Of a stretch of DNA of 64,000 bases, positions 28,034-39,252 are shown piece by piece. The DNA is from an uncultured Chryseobacterium sp. (GTDB taxonomy: Bacteria; Bacteroidota; Bacteroidia; Flavobacteriales_C; GCA-002722245). The notes beneath the pieces are model-generated. The model had not been told where the DNA came from. It did no database searches and saw only the letters and a list, made by a program, of their open reading frames with translations. Within the stretch, counting starts at the first letter, position 1. The number at the start of each line of letters is the position of its first letter. The DNA is taken from NCBI GenBank assembly GCA_964406465.1, contig CAYORT010000001.1:157144-221143 (forward strand), in the 5' to 3' direction. The translations under genes and the position numbers were made by a program.

Positions 28034-30334
28034 TTATTTCTTTTCATTTGCTATATCAATAGCCTTTTCTAAAAATTCATCTCTGCCTTCTGCAACACCT
28101 TTAATTGTTTTTGACACCAATATGTTGGGCACTATACCAATACCGTGTAATCTGCTGCCATTGTGCTTTAATACTTTCATTCCTGTAAAAGAAATACGAT
28201 AGCCTGCGGGTAATAAAAATGAGTTCATATTGCCGTTTGTGCCCGCAGACGGCTGTCCAACAAGGGTCGCCAAATTATATCCTTCGATAAATCCGAGGTA
28301 ACTTTCAGCATAGCTTATGGCATGGCCATCGATAATAAAAATAATTTTTGCAGATAAATGAGGTTTTTTTGATTTCAAATCCCAGCCATATTTTTCGTAC
28401 CCAACAATATTCTCATGGTCGGGGTAAATAATGTGGGGCACAAACATCCATTTATTTGTATCGTTTTTATCAAGTAAATACGAGATAAAGTCATGATTTG
28501 AATTGGGATAACCTCGCAGGTCACATATGATCGCTTTAGCTTGTTTGAGTTGAGGCAATAAACTGTCAATTGTATGCATTGAAATCAGCTCCATATTCAA
28601 ATACATTATGTTATCACCTACATTTTTATGAACTATGTTTGATGCAGAAATTGAGTTGTCGCATTTTGCAGAATTCATTTCGACGTTTCTCACTAGTTCA
28701 ATGATGCTATCACTAATGGTAATGTGCATTTTTGAATTTTCTACTCCGCTTAAAGACATCGTATTAGCTCTATGGTTTAGCCAACCTTCTGTTGCAGCAG
28801 AAATTCTACTGTTGATGATTTCAAAATACATTTTGCTGGGTAGTCCGTCAATTTTCGTAACAATGTCACCAACTTTAAGATTTAATTTTTCATCGCAAAT
28901 TTTAGTTATGGTCAATTGGTTCTCTATAAACTCCCATTTTATTGCAGGAGTATATAGTTTTTGTCCTCCTCCTGAAACCCAAATATGACCATCTTTTAGC
29001 GCAGCAGTAAGTGTTTGAAGCGTAAACAAAAAGTCTACTCTGCTTCTGTCGTTATATGTTTTTTTTAAGGCTTTTTCAAGTTCCTCCTCCCAATTAACTT
29101 TCGTTACATCAAAGTAGGGATAGAAATGCTGAAAGACGTTCCAAGCATTAATAATATCTCCCCATCTAAGATATAGGGTAAGATCATTATGATCGATTGA
29201 AAGTAAAGCACTATCGAGATTGTTTTTTATTGCAGACGGGAAAGTAGATTTTTCGTTGCAGTACAATACTAGGGGAATGTAGCACGAAATACCATTTCCA
29301 ATGCTTTTATTGATTAGTTCACCCACTGATGGTCCTTTATCAAATAATTTTTCTCCCTTTAGAATGTTTGAGTTTACTTTTTTTATAGAAAGGCAATTAC
29401 TTCTATCGAAACTTTGCAAGGGCGTGATGGTTATCGAGTAATTGTGTCCATCTGTAATCCAAGTTTTATTTTTCGTAAAAGAATTTATTTTTTTACCTGC
29501 AAAGTCGTTGTTCTTTATTGGTATTTCAATCCAATTCTCGTTTTCTAAATAATGTAGTTTAAGATTGTCAATAAGAAACTCACCTTCTCCAAATAAAAAA
29601 CAACCCAGTGAAATGTTTGTTGCCAATGAGTCTACATTAGCAACTATCTCATATTCTTCCCATTTATTTTGTGTAATAGGATCATCAAACATATTATTGA
29701 AAAACACACCTTTTGTTTGCGCATTATCAATTCTTAGCCAAAGGTGTCCTGTACCTACATTTCCATCTGTTATGCGACACATGCCGCTTAATTTTATTTT
29801 TTTGCTTCTATACTTTGTTGCATCTAATTGTGTCTTTATAATGCCAAAATCAGATGAATTGCGAGCAGGGTTTTGTACAGCTGTGTGCCTATTTACTCTT
29901 GTACTTTTGTAGCTTTCGTGGGCTAAGGAATTCATACCCAAATCTACACCCGTGTGTTGCCAATATGTGGATTTATACTCCTTTAAATTGGAAGGTGTTA
30001 TAGCACGAAAATCGAAAGACACATTTTCTCCTGTACGATAAAATTTAATAGAGGGAGCTATCGGAAGAAAAAGTTCATTGAGAGTATTAAACAAATCTTT
30101 TTGTGAAATGCAATTTCCTATCTTTTGTGCCCCATATATAGCAAATTTGTCCCAATTTATTTGAGCCGCTTCATCACTGGGATGAAAGTACTTAACATAT
30201 CCATAGATTTTCGCAAAAGTTTTTAGATATTCTATTTTTTGCGCGGTATCTAAAGGAGAGAAATCTGATTTATTTTGACCAGTCAATAGTTTGGAGCAGA
30301 GCAAAAGAAATAAAGCGATAATTTTTATTTTCAT
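28034..30334 (-). CDS. S41 family peptidase (C-terminal processing/tail-specific protease-like) with a large N-terminal extension
   Basis: The C-terminal third carries the S41 catalytic region (LVGQPSAGTNGN ... IIFIIDGHAISYAESY), and the product has a signal peptide. Confidence 0.8.
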   Translation of the reverse strand: MKIKIIALFLLLCSKLLTGQNKSDFSPLDTAQKIEYLKTFAKIYGYVKYFHPSDEAAQINWDKFAIYGAQKIGNCISQKDLFNTLNELFLPIAPSIKFYRTGENVSFDFRAITPSNLKEYKSTYWQHTGVDLGMNSLAHESYKSTRVNRHTAVQNPARNSSDFGIIKTQLDATKYRSKKIKLSGMCRITDGNVGTGHLWLRIDNAQTKGVFFNNMFDDPITQNKWEEYEIVANVDSLATNISLGCFLFGEGEFLIDNLKLHYLENENWIEIPIKNNDFAGKKINSFTKNKTWITDGHNYSITITPLQSFDRSNCLSIKKVNSNILKGEKLFDKGPSVGELINKSIGNGISCYIPLVLYCNEKSTFPSAIKNNLDSALLSIDHNDLTLYLRWGDIINAWNVFQHFYPYFDVTKVNWEEELEKALKKTYNDRSRVDFLFTLQTLTAALKDGHIWVSGGGQKLYTPAIKWEFIENQLTITKICDEKLNLKVGDIVTKIDGLPSKMYFEIINSRISAATEGWLNHRANTMSLSGVENSKMHITISDSIIELVRNVEMNSAKCDNSISASNIVHKNVGDNIMYLNMELISMHTIDSLLPQLKQAKAIICDLRGYPNSNHDFISYLLDKNDTNKWMFVPHIIYPDHENIVGYEKYGWDLKSKKPHLSAKIIFIIDGHAISYAESYLGFIEGYNLATLVGQPSAGTNGNMNSFLLPAGYRISFTGMKVLKHNGSRLHGIGIVPNILVSKTIKGVAEGRDEFLEKAIDIANEKK

Positions 30335-30365
30335 GATTTAATTTTTCACTTTTTTCTATTCGTAG

Positions 30366-30950
30366 CTATTCAATCTCAATATTATATTTATCGAGCAAGC
30401 CCAAAGCTCCATCTCTTGAAAATTTCGCTTTTTTAATTTTATTGTTTTCGGGATTGATGGAGAAATTGAATGCACCTCTTAAATCGGCTTTTTCTAAAAT
30501 GGTTTTATCGAAAACCGCGCTGCGTAAGTCACAATTTTGAAAAAGCGCCGCACTTAAATCGCAGTTAGAAAAATCTACTTCATGCATGCTACAATTTTTA
30601 AACGATGTACTTTTCAATTTCTTTTTAAAAAACGAAGCAAGATTGAGCACGCAGTCATCAAATTTCACGAAAAACAAAAAGTCATTGCAATCTTCAAAGC
30701 GCATTCCAAGCAATTTACATCCCTTAAAAGAAACTTCTCTAAATCCTGCGTTGCTTACCCTTGCCAAAGAGAAATTACAGTCGGTAAAAGAACATTCAAT
30801 GAAATTGATATTGGAAAGGTCAACAGCCGTAAAATTGCAATTGATGAAGGAGCAATTTTCGTATTCTCCTTTCGCAAAAGATTTAATTGAATAATCTATT
30901 CCTTTGAATTCTTCTTCTTTTTGATAACTCATATTTTGATTTCTTTCCAC
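30366..30950 (-). CDS. pentapeptide repeat-containing protein
   Basis: Tandem A(D/N)LxG-type pentapeptide repeats are present (CSFINCNFTAVDLSNINFIECSFTDCNFSLARVSNAGF...). Confidence 0.8.
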   Translation of the reverse strand: MERNQNMSYQKEEEFKGIDYSIKSFAKGEYENCSFINCNFTAVDLSNINFIECSFTDCNFSLARVSNAGFREVSFKGCKLLGMRFEDCNDFLFFVKFDDCVLNLASFFKKKLKSTSFKNCSMHEVDFSNCDLSAALFQNCDLRSAVFDKTILEKADLRGAFNFSINPENNKIKKAKFSRDGALGLLDKYNIEIE

Positions 30951-32302
30951 TTGCCTTTTTTAAAATAGTACCAGGCTAAAAGTGCGATTAAAGTTTCGGC
31001 GATGGGCACAGCTACAAACACTCCGGTAGCCTTAAAATCAAATGTTTTCGCCAAAAGATAAGCAAGTGGTATTTGAATGCACCAGAAGCAAATGATGTTG
31101 ATGATAGTGGGAGTTTTTGTGTCTCCCGCGCCATTCAATGCTTGTATCATCACCATGGAAATACCATAGAAAATATATCCGGCACTCATCCATTGCATTG
31201 ATAAAACAGCGAATGTAATTACCTTTTCATCTTGAGTGAAAATGCGAATAATATTTTCGGCAAAAAAGAAGAAAAGTGCGGTGACAAAAGCCATGAAAAT
31301 AACATTGTATTTCATGATAAGCATAACACTTTTTTCTGCTCTATCAATTTGTTTAGCACCTAAATTTTGTCCTACCAAAGTAGCGGCTGCATTGCTCATT
31401 CCATAGGCAGGTAGAATAAAGAAAATTAAATTTCTAAAAGCAATTTGATAGCCGGCCGATGCTTCTGTGCCGCCAGTTTCGGCAACAAGTTTGGCTAAGA
31501 AAATCCAGCTTCCACTCATAATGATAAATTGAAAAGTTGCTGGCCACGCAATTTTAATTAAGGTATTGATCAACTCTTTACTTACTTGAAAATGATGTTT
31601 GTAAATAGTTAAAATTCCGCTGCCTTTAAACAAATGGTAGCACTGATAAAAAACGCCGGTGCTTCTTCCAATAACTGTTGCAATGGCTGCACCTTTTAAT
31701 CCGAAGAAATGAATTAAAATCGGACACAAAATAATATTGATAAGGCTAGCCAGCCACAAACTTTTCATGGCCATCATAGCATCTCCGGCCCCTCTGTAAA
31801 TTCCGTTGATGAGAAAGAGGAACATGATAGCGCCGCTACCGCCTAACATGATTCGTGTAAAGATGCTGCCTTCTTTTATTACCTCATCATTGGCGCCCAT
31901 CATTCCTAAGATATCTGCGGCAAACACCACTCCCAGCACACTAATGAGCACTGTGGCAATAACGGCAATGACCATTGCTTGTGCGCCAGCATGCGCAGCA
32001 CCTTCTGGATTTTTTTCGCCAATTCTTCTTGAAACAACAGCTGTTGCGGCTGTGCTAATTCCAATGCCTAAGGAGTAAATGATCATAGTAACCGATTCGG
32101 TTAAACCAACAGCAGCAATGGCATTAGCACCTAATTGTCCTACGAAGAAAATATCAACCACAGCAAATACACTTTCTAAACTCAATTCTAAAATCATGGG
32201 AATAGCAAGTAGAAACACCGCTTTTGGTATACTGCCTTGTGTGTAATCTAGATTTTCTCCGTTGAGAGATTGTTTGATTGCTGATACAAATTTTTTGAAC
32301 AT
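30929..32302 (-). CDS. MATE family efflux transporter
   Basis: Twelve-TM MatE architecture with typical G/A-rich helices. Confidence 0.9.
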   Translation of the reverse strand: MFKKFVSAIKQSLNGENLDYTQGSIPKAVFLLAIPMILELSLESVFAVVDIFFVGQLGANAIAAVGLTESVTMIIYSLGIGISTAATAVVSRRIGEKNPEGAAHAGAQAMVIAVIATVLISVLGVVFAADILGMMGANDEVIKEGSIFTRIMLGGSGAIMFLFLINGIYRGAGDAMMAMKSLWLASLINIILCPILIHFFGLKGAAIATVIGRSTGVFYQCYHLFKGSGILTIYKHHFQVSKELINTLIKIAWPATFQFIIMSGSWIFLAKLVAETGGTEASAGYQIAFRNLIFFILPAYGMSNAAATLVGQNLGAKQIDRAEKSVMLIMKYNVIFMAFVTALFFFFAENIIRIFTQDEKVITFAVLSMQWMSAGYIFYGISMVMIQALNGAGDTKTPTIINIICFWCIQIPLAYLLAKTFDFKATGVFVAVPIAETLIALLAWYYFKKGKWKEIKI

Positions 32303-32375
32303 GTGACGAAGATAGGAAGAAATTCTCCTATGCTTTTCTCTAGGACTTTAATTTTACTCTTTCACGTAGAAAGGT

Positions 32376-35182
32376 CTACAACCCCCTCAAAAATTCATTC
32401 AACGTGATTTCTTCGGGCACATTAAATTTCTCTTTTAATCTCAGCTTGCGTTTATCGAGAGCACTTAAAGAGATGTTAAGTAAAGACGCTATTTCTTTGT
32501 TGTTTTTACCCATTCTTAGGTAGGTGCACATGAGTAACATTGACTCCTTAATTTTTGGATCGAGTTGTTGCAATTTTGTGATAAAGTCGTTGTATTCGGT
32601 ATTGAAGTGCACTTGAAAATTGTCCCACTTCTCTTGTTCTTCTTCGGTGTTGTTTAATGAATATTCCATTGATTTTAACTCTTTCATCAAGTTAGATGAA
32701 ACATCATCACGTTGCATTAACGCTTTTAATTTCACTCCGATAGTTTGCAGTAATTCCTTGCGCTGTGCGAAGTTTAAAGCAACATACGATAAGTCCATTT
32801 CCTTTTCTTGTAATTGCATTTTAAGTTGTTCTGCTTTGAAATTGCTTTCTTGTAAAAGCATTTCATTTTTCTTTTCTTCTAAAAGTCGATTGGTAATTTT
32901 TGTTACTCTAACTTTCCATAAGAAATAGATGAAGTAAGCAAAAGCCAAAAGCAAAAGCACGTAAATTATTTTGGCAACAGTTGTTCGGTACCAAGGAGGA
33001 AGTATTGTGAAGTGAATGCTTGATTCGCCTAGCACCTTGAAACGATATAAAGATTTCACTTGAAAGGTATATTCTCCTTCGGGTAAATTTGAATACTCTT
33101 TGTAGTTTCCGGCATCGGCCTTTCGCCATTCTCCTTCTTCATCTTTGCTTGATAATTTAACATACCAAGTTGATGGATAGAATTTTTCCATGGGCGAAGA
33201 AGAGAAATTAAATACGATACTATTTTCGCTGTATGGAATGATAATTTCTTTGCTGTTGATGGCTAGTAAACTGTCGTTTTCTAAACTTTTAAGGCAGCGA
33301 ATTTTAGTGGAGGAATAAAATTTTCTCGCTTGTTTATTATCGCAAATAGAGAAGCCTTGAGCGGTACCAATGATGAATTTATTTTGATCAAATTCTTTAA
33401 TCATTTCTGCTAATCCAACCAATTCTAAAGTTGTGTTGTTAATGATATTGGTACTATCGATTAAGTAAACATTTTTGTGCTTTTTTAATACTACAGGTTC
33501 TCCATCAACTATGGTGTACAACAAACCATCTTTTATAGAACGAATTCTTTCAAATTTTAGAGGTATCGCGCTAAATGCTACATCTTTTTGTATGGTGCCA
33601 TTTTCTACTGAAAATATTCCTTTCAAAGAAGAAATTTTTAGCGTGTTGCCCTCCTTAATAATATCTTTAAAGAAGTCGGCTTGAACATTTAATTTGGCAC
33701 AATATTCTACCGATTTTTCTACTGCCGTTAAATCGCTATTGATGGTTAAACAGTATAAACCATTTGTTTCGCTATTTACCCATAAATTGCCTTTATTATC
33801 GAATTCAAACATTCGAGCAGGATATTGATAACCTTTAATAGTGTTGGCGAATTGCCATGCCCCATTTATTTTTCTGTACACATCTATCCCTTCGAAGGTA
33901 CCTACCAGAAAAACATCTTTTTGCTGAGGTACTTCGTGAAAAAACCATGCACCCTTCCAACTGCTTTTTGAGATTATTTTGGTAGAGGTTCCAGTTACTT
34001 GATAGACTTCTGCATGATCGCCGCAAAAAATATCTCCATTGAGTTCGAAAAGTGAATATACGAAGGCTTTTGGACCGCTTACTTTAGTGAAGCTAGAGTT
34101 GTTGTTTTGTTTCCAATTGGCATTGAAAAATAATCCCTGTATGTGCCTAAGTACAATGCTGAGTTGTGAATTAGTGAAGAGTATCCACTGCCCGTAATTC
34201 CACCATCTTCTTGTATACCATAAGAAGAGTTGCTGTAATTAAAAATGGTAACACCATTGTCGGTTGCAATTAAAATATCTCCTTGGTTATTCACGTCTAT
34301 GCCATAAGCATAATTGCTTTGAAGTACCGAGTTACTTTGGTTAAGATGCTGTAAGATTTCTAAATTATTGTTGAGAATGAAGCAACCGTTTTTTTCGGTG
34401 CCGATTACTTTTTTATTGCCGATGTACGACACGTTTTTAATAAGAGCATTTTCAAAATATACACTTTGCGGATGCTTATTTAGGGTCGCGTTAGAGTAAG
34501 TGAAAATGCCTTTGGTTCCGTAGAAGATGTATGAATTTTCTCCAGTTTTTTCGGCGCCTTTGATTTCTAATAGTTCTAAGTTTCCTGGTAAAAATTCAAT
34601 GTTTTTATTTTCTTTTAGTTTTCCAATTCCGTATCCCTCAACCATTACAAGAAGTTCGTTGCCTACTTCACCTAAGAAAAGGTACTTGCCATTTTTGTTA
34701 GGTTTTATAACAGCGATTGTTTTTCCGTCATAGATATAAATGGAATGCTGATCTACAAAATAAATTTTGTTTTTGTATTCCACCACGTAATCAATCCAAT
34801 CTCCAATTTTACCATTTGAATTGGGAATCAAATTTGAAAGAGAGTGATAAACAGAAACTCCTTTTTCGTTTTTTTCGATATAGCCAATTTCATTATCTCC
34901 ACCAACATATATTCTACCATCACTTGATTTGCAGAGGGAGAACGGACAGCGACTAGAGTTTAATTTGATGGTAGTCCAAGTATATCCATCAAACTCTAAC
35001 ACACCGTAAGCATTGGCAACATAAAGCAAGCCATTGTCATCAAAAATGGCATCGTAACTAACTTGATGTCCTTTGTAATCTTTAGAAACGTAAGTGTGTG
35101 CGGTAGGTTTATATGCGAAAGATTTTTGATTGCTAAGGAGTATACAGCATAACAATATCCAAATGTAGGTGTGCTTCATCAT
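32376..35182 (-). pseudogene. sensor-regulator with a two-component-regulator beta-propeller (Y_Y_Y) region, one TM helix and a C-terminal LuxR-type HTH; interrupted by a frameshift at about 34082-34146
   Basis: ORFs 34079..35182 (signal peptide plus propeller repeats) and 32376..33881 (propeller, TM IIYVLLLLAFAYFIYFLW, then HTH ...SLSALDKRKLRLKEKF) lie in different frames. By my hand translation the downstream frame stays open back to about 34146 and reads as continuous propeller sequence (...GLFFNANWKQNNNSSFTKVSGPKAFVYSLFELNGDIFCGDHAEVYQVTGTST...). A single-base indel would therefore restore a protein of about 930 aa. Confidence 0.65.
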
Positions 35183-35262
35183 ACTTAATCATCTATAGTT
35201 ATGTAATCCCTTTTTTACAAGGAACAATTAGTACGTTAATTCATCCAAAAGGCTACAAATAC

Positions 35263-36489
35263 CTATTGTTTTTTAAGAATATCTTTTAGCGCCACCACTT
35301 GGTTATTTACCAAAGGTTTTGCCCAGTAAGAGATCCAAAGTATATGTAGCAGCAAAATAAAATTAAAACACATGGCAAATTGCAGTCCTATTAGGTCTTT
35401 AAGGGCCCCAATAATAAATGGAGAAATTGCACCTCCAATTACTCCGGTGCAAAGAATTCCGGCAATTGCCCCGTGATTTTTTGCGAAAGAATTTAAACCT
35501 AACGAGAAGTTGATCGACCACATCACCGACAAGAAAAATCCAACCATCATGAAAGCGTGGTACGAGATATTTGCAGGAGCAAAGAGAGCAAGTGCCAAAG
35601 ATGCTATTGCTGCAAAAACAAAATAGCGAAGTAAAATTTTGCAATCGAAAAGTTTAACTAAAACGATCCCTAAAATGCAGCCTATGGTAAGTAGCATCCA
35701 GTACCAAAAGATTACCGAGTCGGCTTTTTCTGCTTCAAGCTGATGGTACTGCAATAAGAAATCTTTGATTTTAATTGCAACACCTTGCTCAGTGCCCACA
35801 TAAGCAAAGATTGCGAAAAAAAATACCCATACTTTTTTATCGCGAAGCAATTCAAAATACAATTCTTTTCCTGCTGCTTTTTCATCTTCTTTTAATTCAA
35901 CAGTGGGTAGTTTTACAAAAAACATTAGAAGTCCCAAAGTGAGCAATAATATAGCTATCACTTGATAGTTGATGACATAGGGGATATTCACATCAACCGG
36001 AAAAAGGGTGCTGCCTTTTGCCGCTGATTCTTGAAAATATTCAGATAAAAATGGAATCAATGCAGCTACACCTCCAAATACAATTTGTGCTACTACACTA
36101 AAGAAAGCAAAGTTTTCTTCGCCTCCTGCAGTGCGTAAAAGCGGGTTGATAATCACTTGCAGCATTGCCATGCCCAATCCTATCATAAAAAATGAGGGAA
36201 GAATCAACGCATATTTGGGCGCAGCTGCAAACAACAGAGCTCCTGTGCCCGCAAATAAAAAAGCTATGGTCATTGCCTTTTTCTCTTTTATTCTTTCATT
36301 CAAGATAGCAGCCGGAATAGAAATAAGATAAGCAATAAAGAAAGATAGTGGTATCAATCCCGACTCGAAACCACTTAGTCCGAAACTCTTTGAAATAGGC
36401 ACGTCCAGTGGACCAATCATATTCGTGCTAAATGAAATAGCAGCGAAAATGAAGATTACCAATCCTATTAAAAAGTAGTTCTTTTGCAT
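35263..36489 (-). CDS. sugar MFS transporter (FucP/GluP-like)
   Basis: Twelve-TM MFS architecture with conserved MFS loop motifs. Confidence 0.85.
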   Translation of the reverse strand: MQKNYFLIGLVIFIFAAISFSTNMIGPLDVPISKSFGLSGFESGLIPLSFFIAYLISIPAAILNERIKEKKAMTIAFLFAGTGALLFAAAPKYALILPSFFMIGLGMAMLQVIINPLLRTAGGEENFAFFSVVAQIVFGGVAALIPFLSEYFQESAAKGSTLFPVDVNIPYVINYQVIAILLLTLGLLMFFVKLPTVELKEDEKAAGKELYFELLRDKKVWVFFFAIFAYVGTEQGVAIKIKDFLLQYHQLEAEKADSVIFWYWMLLTIGCILGIVLVKLFDCKILLRYFVFAAIASLALALFAPANISYHAFMMVGFFLSVMWSINFSLGLNSFAKNHGAIAGILCTGVIGGAISPFIIGALKDLIGLQFAMCFNFILLLHILWISYWAKPLVNNQVVALKDILKKQ

Positions 36490-36490
36490 T

Positions 36491-39040
36491 TTATTTTACG
36501 GTTACCGTATTGATACCACGTGATTGCACAATAATATTTTCGTTGATGTCACCCGATAGAATTAGAATTCTTTTTTCTCCTGGTTTCAATGAGATGTAAT
36601 TGTCGCTCCAAAATACCGGACGAACAGGCTCTTTCGTGATGCTGTTCATAGCAGTAAGTTCAATGAAGAATGCAATAGTGTTTGAAGTGTTGGTGATGGT
36701 TACTTCGATTTCTTTGCCTATCATTTTTTGTTCTACCTTGGTGTTGCTCGATGGCAATTTGCGCAAGGCTTTCAAATCGGCAAATTTTATTGCTGGGGTG
36801 TATTGCCATGAAGCATGATCGGGATTTGGATCCATTTTATCTTCTTTTTTACTCAACCAATAGAAGTTGGTAGCCACCGTTTCTCCTTTGGCATTTAGTA
36901 CAGTTAAGCTTAAGAAAGAAACTCCCTTTAATTTTGGCATATCAAACACTTTAGCAGAGCCATTTGCATTTGTTTTTGCGCTTACTTCTTTGCTTAAAAT
37001 CAATTGTGATTTAATGTTGAATAATTCAATTTTTATTTTGTTTTCACTGCTATCTTTAGTGTCGTTGTTCATGTAAATAGCATTGTTGCCGTAGTTGTAA
37101 GAAGCTTGTAAAGGTTCGCACGATGTTTTGGTTCCATAGTAAGCTCCTGTAGGCATTAAATAGGCATCATACAACTGCCAATAGGTATCTAGCCAAGCCG
37201 AATTTAGCATCCATTGCACAACGCCTGTGGTGTTCGGACGATTGGTTCTAAATGCTTCAAACATTGGTCGTATAGCCTCGTAGCTCGCTGCTTGTGATAC
37301 CAAAGAAAAATCTTCTAAAGTAGGCGATGCACCATATCTATTGTTGAAAGCTTTCATGTATCGATTCATATCGGCAAAGGCATGTCGACCATGATGGTAA
37401 TTCCATGTTGTGTCCATTGGCCAATTGGGATTTTCGCCCAACATTTTGTGTAGAGTCCACAATACAGGAGGCTGTGCTCCCGGACCAGTTTCTGTGTTAA
37501 AGCCAAAAGCACCGCCGCGCACAGTATCAGTGTACCAATACATTGGTGGAACGTAGTCGTAAGGACCATTCATCTTTACGCCAGAAGGGCCACTAATGGC
37601 GCTAGTCCATGTTTTTGCACTTGCCAAATAAGTTCTAGAAGGGTCAACTTCTTTTAGAATAGCTAGGTAATTTTTTTCAAGATCGGGATGAGGAAGGTAG
37701 TCGCTTCCACCCACCCATGAAAAAACCGATGCATGATTTCTAAGCCATAGTACTTGATGTTTCCAGTACGATGATAAAAGGTTGATGGCAGGCGCATCTA
37801 CAGCGCAACCAAAAGTTTCGGTACATGGTGTACCAATGTAATCTTGCCATTCCCACTGGCAGCTAAAACCAACCATGGCAAGGATTCCATATTTATCGCA
37901 TAAATTATAGATGTTGTGGTCTTTGCCCCAAAAAGCCTCAAAGCGCACACAATTTAAATTAATGTGCTTTACATACTTTATTTGTGCCTCATCAAATTGA
38001 GGAGTATTGCCTAGTAGTAAGTCGTCTACCCAACCAGCTCCTTTAATTAAAATCTTTACGCCGTTAATGGTATAGCCGCGATGACCATTACTATTGAAAT
38101 AATCGCCCACCTCACGAATACCAAAATCTACATTTTCGAAGGAAGATACCTCGTTGTTGCATTTCGCTGTTAATTGCAGATGGTATAAGTTTGGATCGCC
38201 ATAGCCATTAGGCCACCAGAGTTTAGGATTTGTCACATGTAATTGAGGAAGCTCGGCGCTATTAATTTTTACCTCTTTGCTTTCTTTTGCTTTTAAATTC
38301 ACTTTGTAGGTAAAAGAAATATTGTCGATGATACCTTCGAGAGTTAGTTCTTGATCTTGATTGCTATGGTTGATTGCTTCGGTTGAAATAAATAGGTCGG
38401 CCTCTTTGAGTGTTTTTAAGTTCACTTTTGAATAAACGAAGGTATTTTTGATTTCAACAGCGCGTGTGATTTTTAGAATAACATCGCGATAAATTCCCAT
38501 GTTATTGTCGGGAGGGGTTGGCGCCCAATCCACAAAACCAATAGTATAATCTCCGCTTCTTGCTTGAAAAACTTCAACCACCAAATGGTTTAATCCTGCA
38601 ACTATCGCCGAATCAACATCTAGGTAATATCTATTGAATGCACCAACAATTTTTGAGGAGTCGGCAAGTAATTTACCATTAAGCCATATGTTGGCTCTAT
38701 AGTTTATACCTTCAAAGTTTAACTGATAGTGATTGCTTTTATCGATTTCACTTAGAGAGAAATCCTGAGTGAAAATCCATGAGTTTTTAAATTGTTCACT
38801 TTGTACTTTTTGCATGTTGTCTCCTTCGTACAAATTTTTGTAAACACCATTTTTCACCAACGAATTCAAAACTGTTCCAGGAACTTTAGCTTCGAAGATT
38901 TTTTGTGGATTTTTAGAAGAATGCATTTTCCATCCTTTTGAAAGAATGTGTTCCCCTATTTTGTTTGATGTGTTTTCTGTTGTAAAGGATAATAAGCTAA
39001 TCGCCACTATCGCCAATAAAAATGATTTCAATCGATTCAT
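36491..39040 (-). CDS. glycoside hydrolase family 2 protein (beta-mannosidase/exo-glucosaminidase-like)
   Basis: The product has a signal peptide and the GH2 sugar-binding, Ig-like and TIM-barrel order. There is an acid/base region around NEP-like ...WGGSDY... The 849 aa size fits. Confidence 0.8.
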   Translation of the reverse strand: MNRLKSFLLAIVAISLLSFTTENTSNKIGEHILSKGWKMHSSKNPQKIFEAKVPGTVLNSLVKNGVYKNLYEGDNMQKVQSEQFKNSWIFTQDFSLSEIDKSNHYQLNFEGINYRANIWLNGKLLADSSKIVGAFNRYYLDVDSAIVAGLNHLVVEVFQARSGDYTIGFVDWAPTPPDNNMGIYRDVILKITRAVEIKNTFVYSKVNLKTLKEADLFISTEAINHSNQDQELTLEGIIDNISFTYKVNLKAKESKEVKINSAELPQLHVTNPKLWWPNGYGDPNLYHLQLTAKCNNEVSSFENVDFGIREVGDYFNSNGHRGYTINGVKILIKGAGWVDDLLLGNTPQFDEAQIKYVKHINLNCVRFEAFWGKDHNIYNLCDKYGILAMVGFSCQWEWQDYIGTPCTETFGCAVDAPAINLLSSYWKHQVLWLRNHASVFSWVGGSDYLPHPDLEKNYLAILKEVDPSRTYLASAKTWTSAISGPSGVKMNGPYDYVPPMYWYTDTVRGGAFGFNTETGPGAQPPVLWTLHKMLGENPNWPMDTTWNYHHGRHAFADMNRYMKAFNNRYGASPTLEDFSLVSQAASYEAIRPMFEAFRTNRPNTTGVVQWMLNSAWLDTYWQLYDAYLMPTGAYYGTKTSCEPLQASYNYGNNAIYMNNDTKDSSENKIKIELFNIKSQLILSKEVSAKTNANGSAKVFDMPKLKGVSFLSLTVLNAKGETVATNFYWLSKKEDKMDPNPDHASWQYTPAIKFADLKALRKLPSSNTKVEQKMIGKEIEVTITNTSNTIAFFIELTAMNSITKEPVRPVFWSDNYISLKPGEKRILILSGDINENIIVQSRGINTVTVK

Positions 39041-39252
39041 GCCTTAGTAATTTGTACAAACTTAAATAATGATATGGCAGTAAGCCACTAATTATCATAG
39101 ACATTTTACAGACAATGAATTGTTGGCTTACGCTCCGTAGCTAATATAATCTTTTGAAGATAAATAAGATAGAAAATTGTTAAGTTTAAAAAAGTGGATA
39201 AAAACACCGTACTATTGCCATAAAAAGATAAATTAGCACAAATTAAAAGCCC

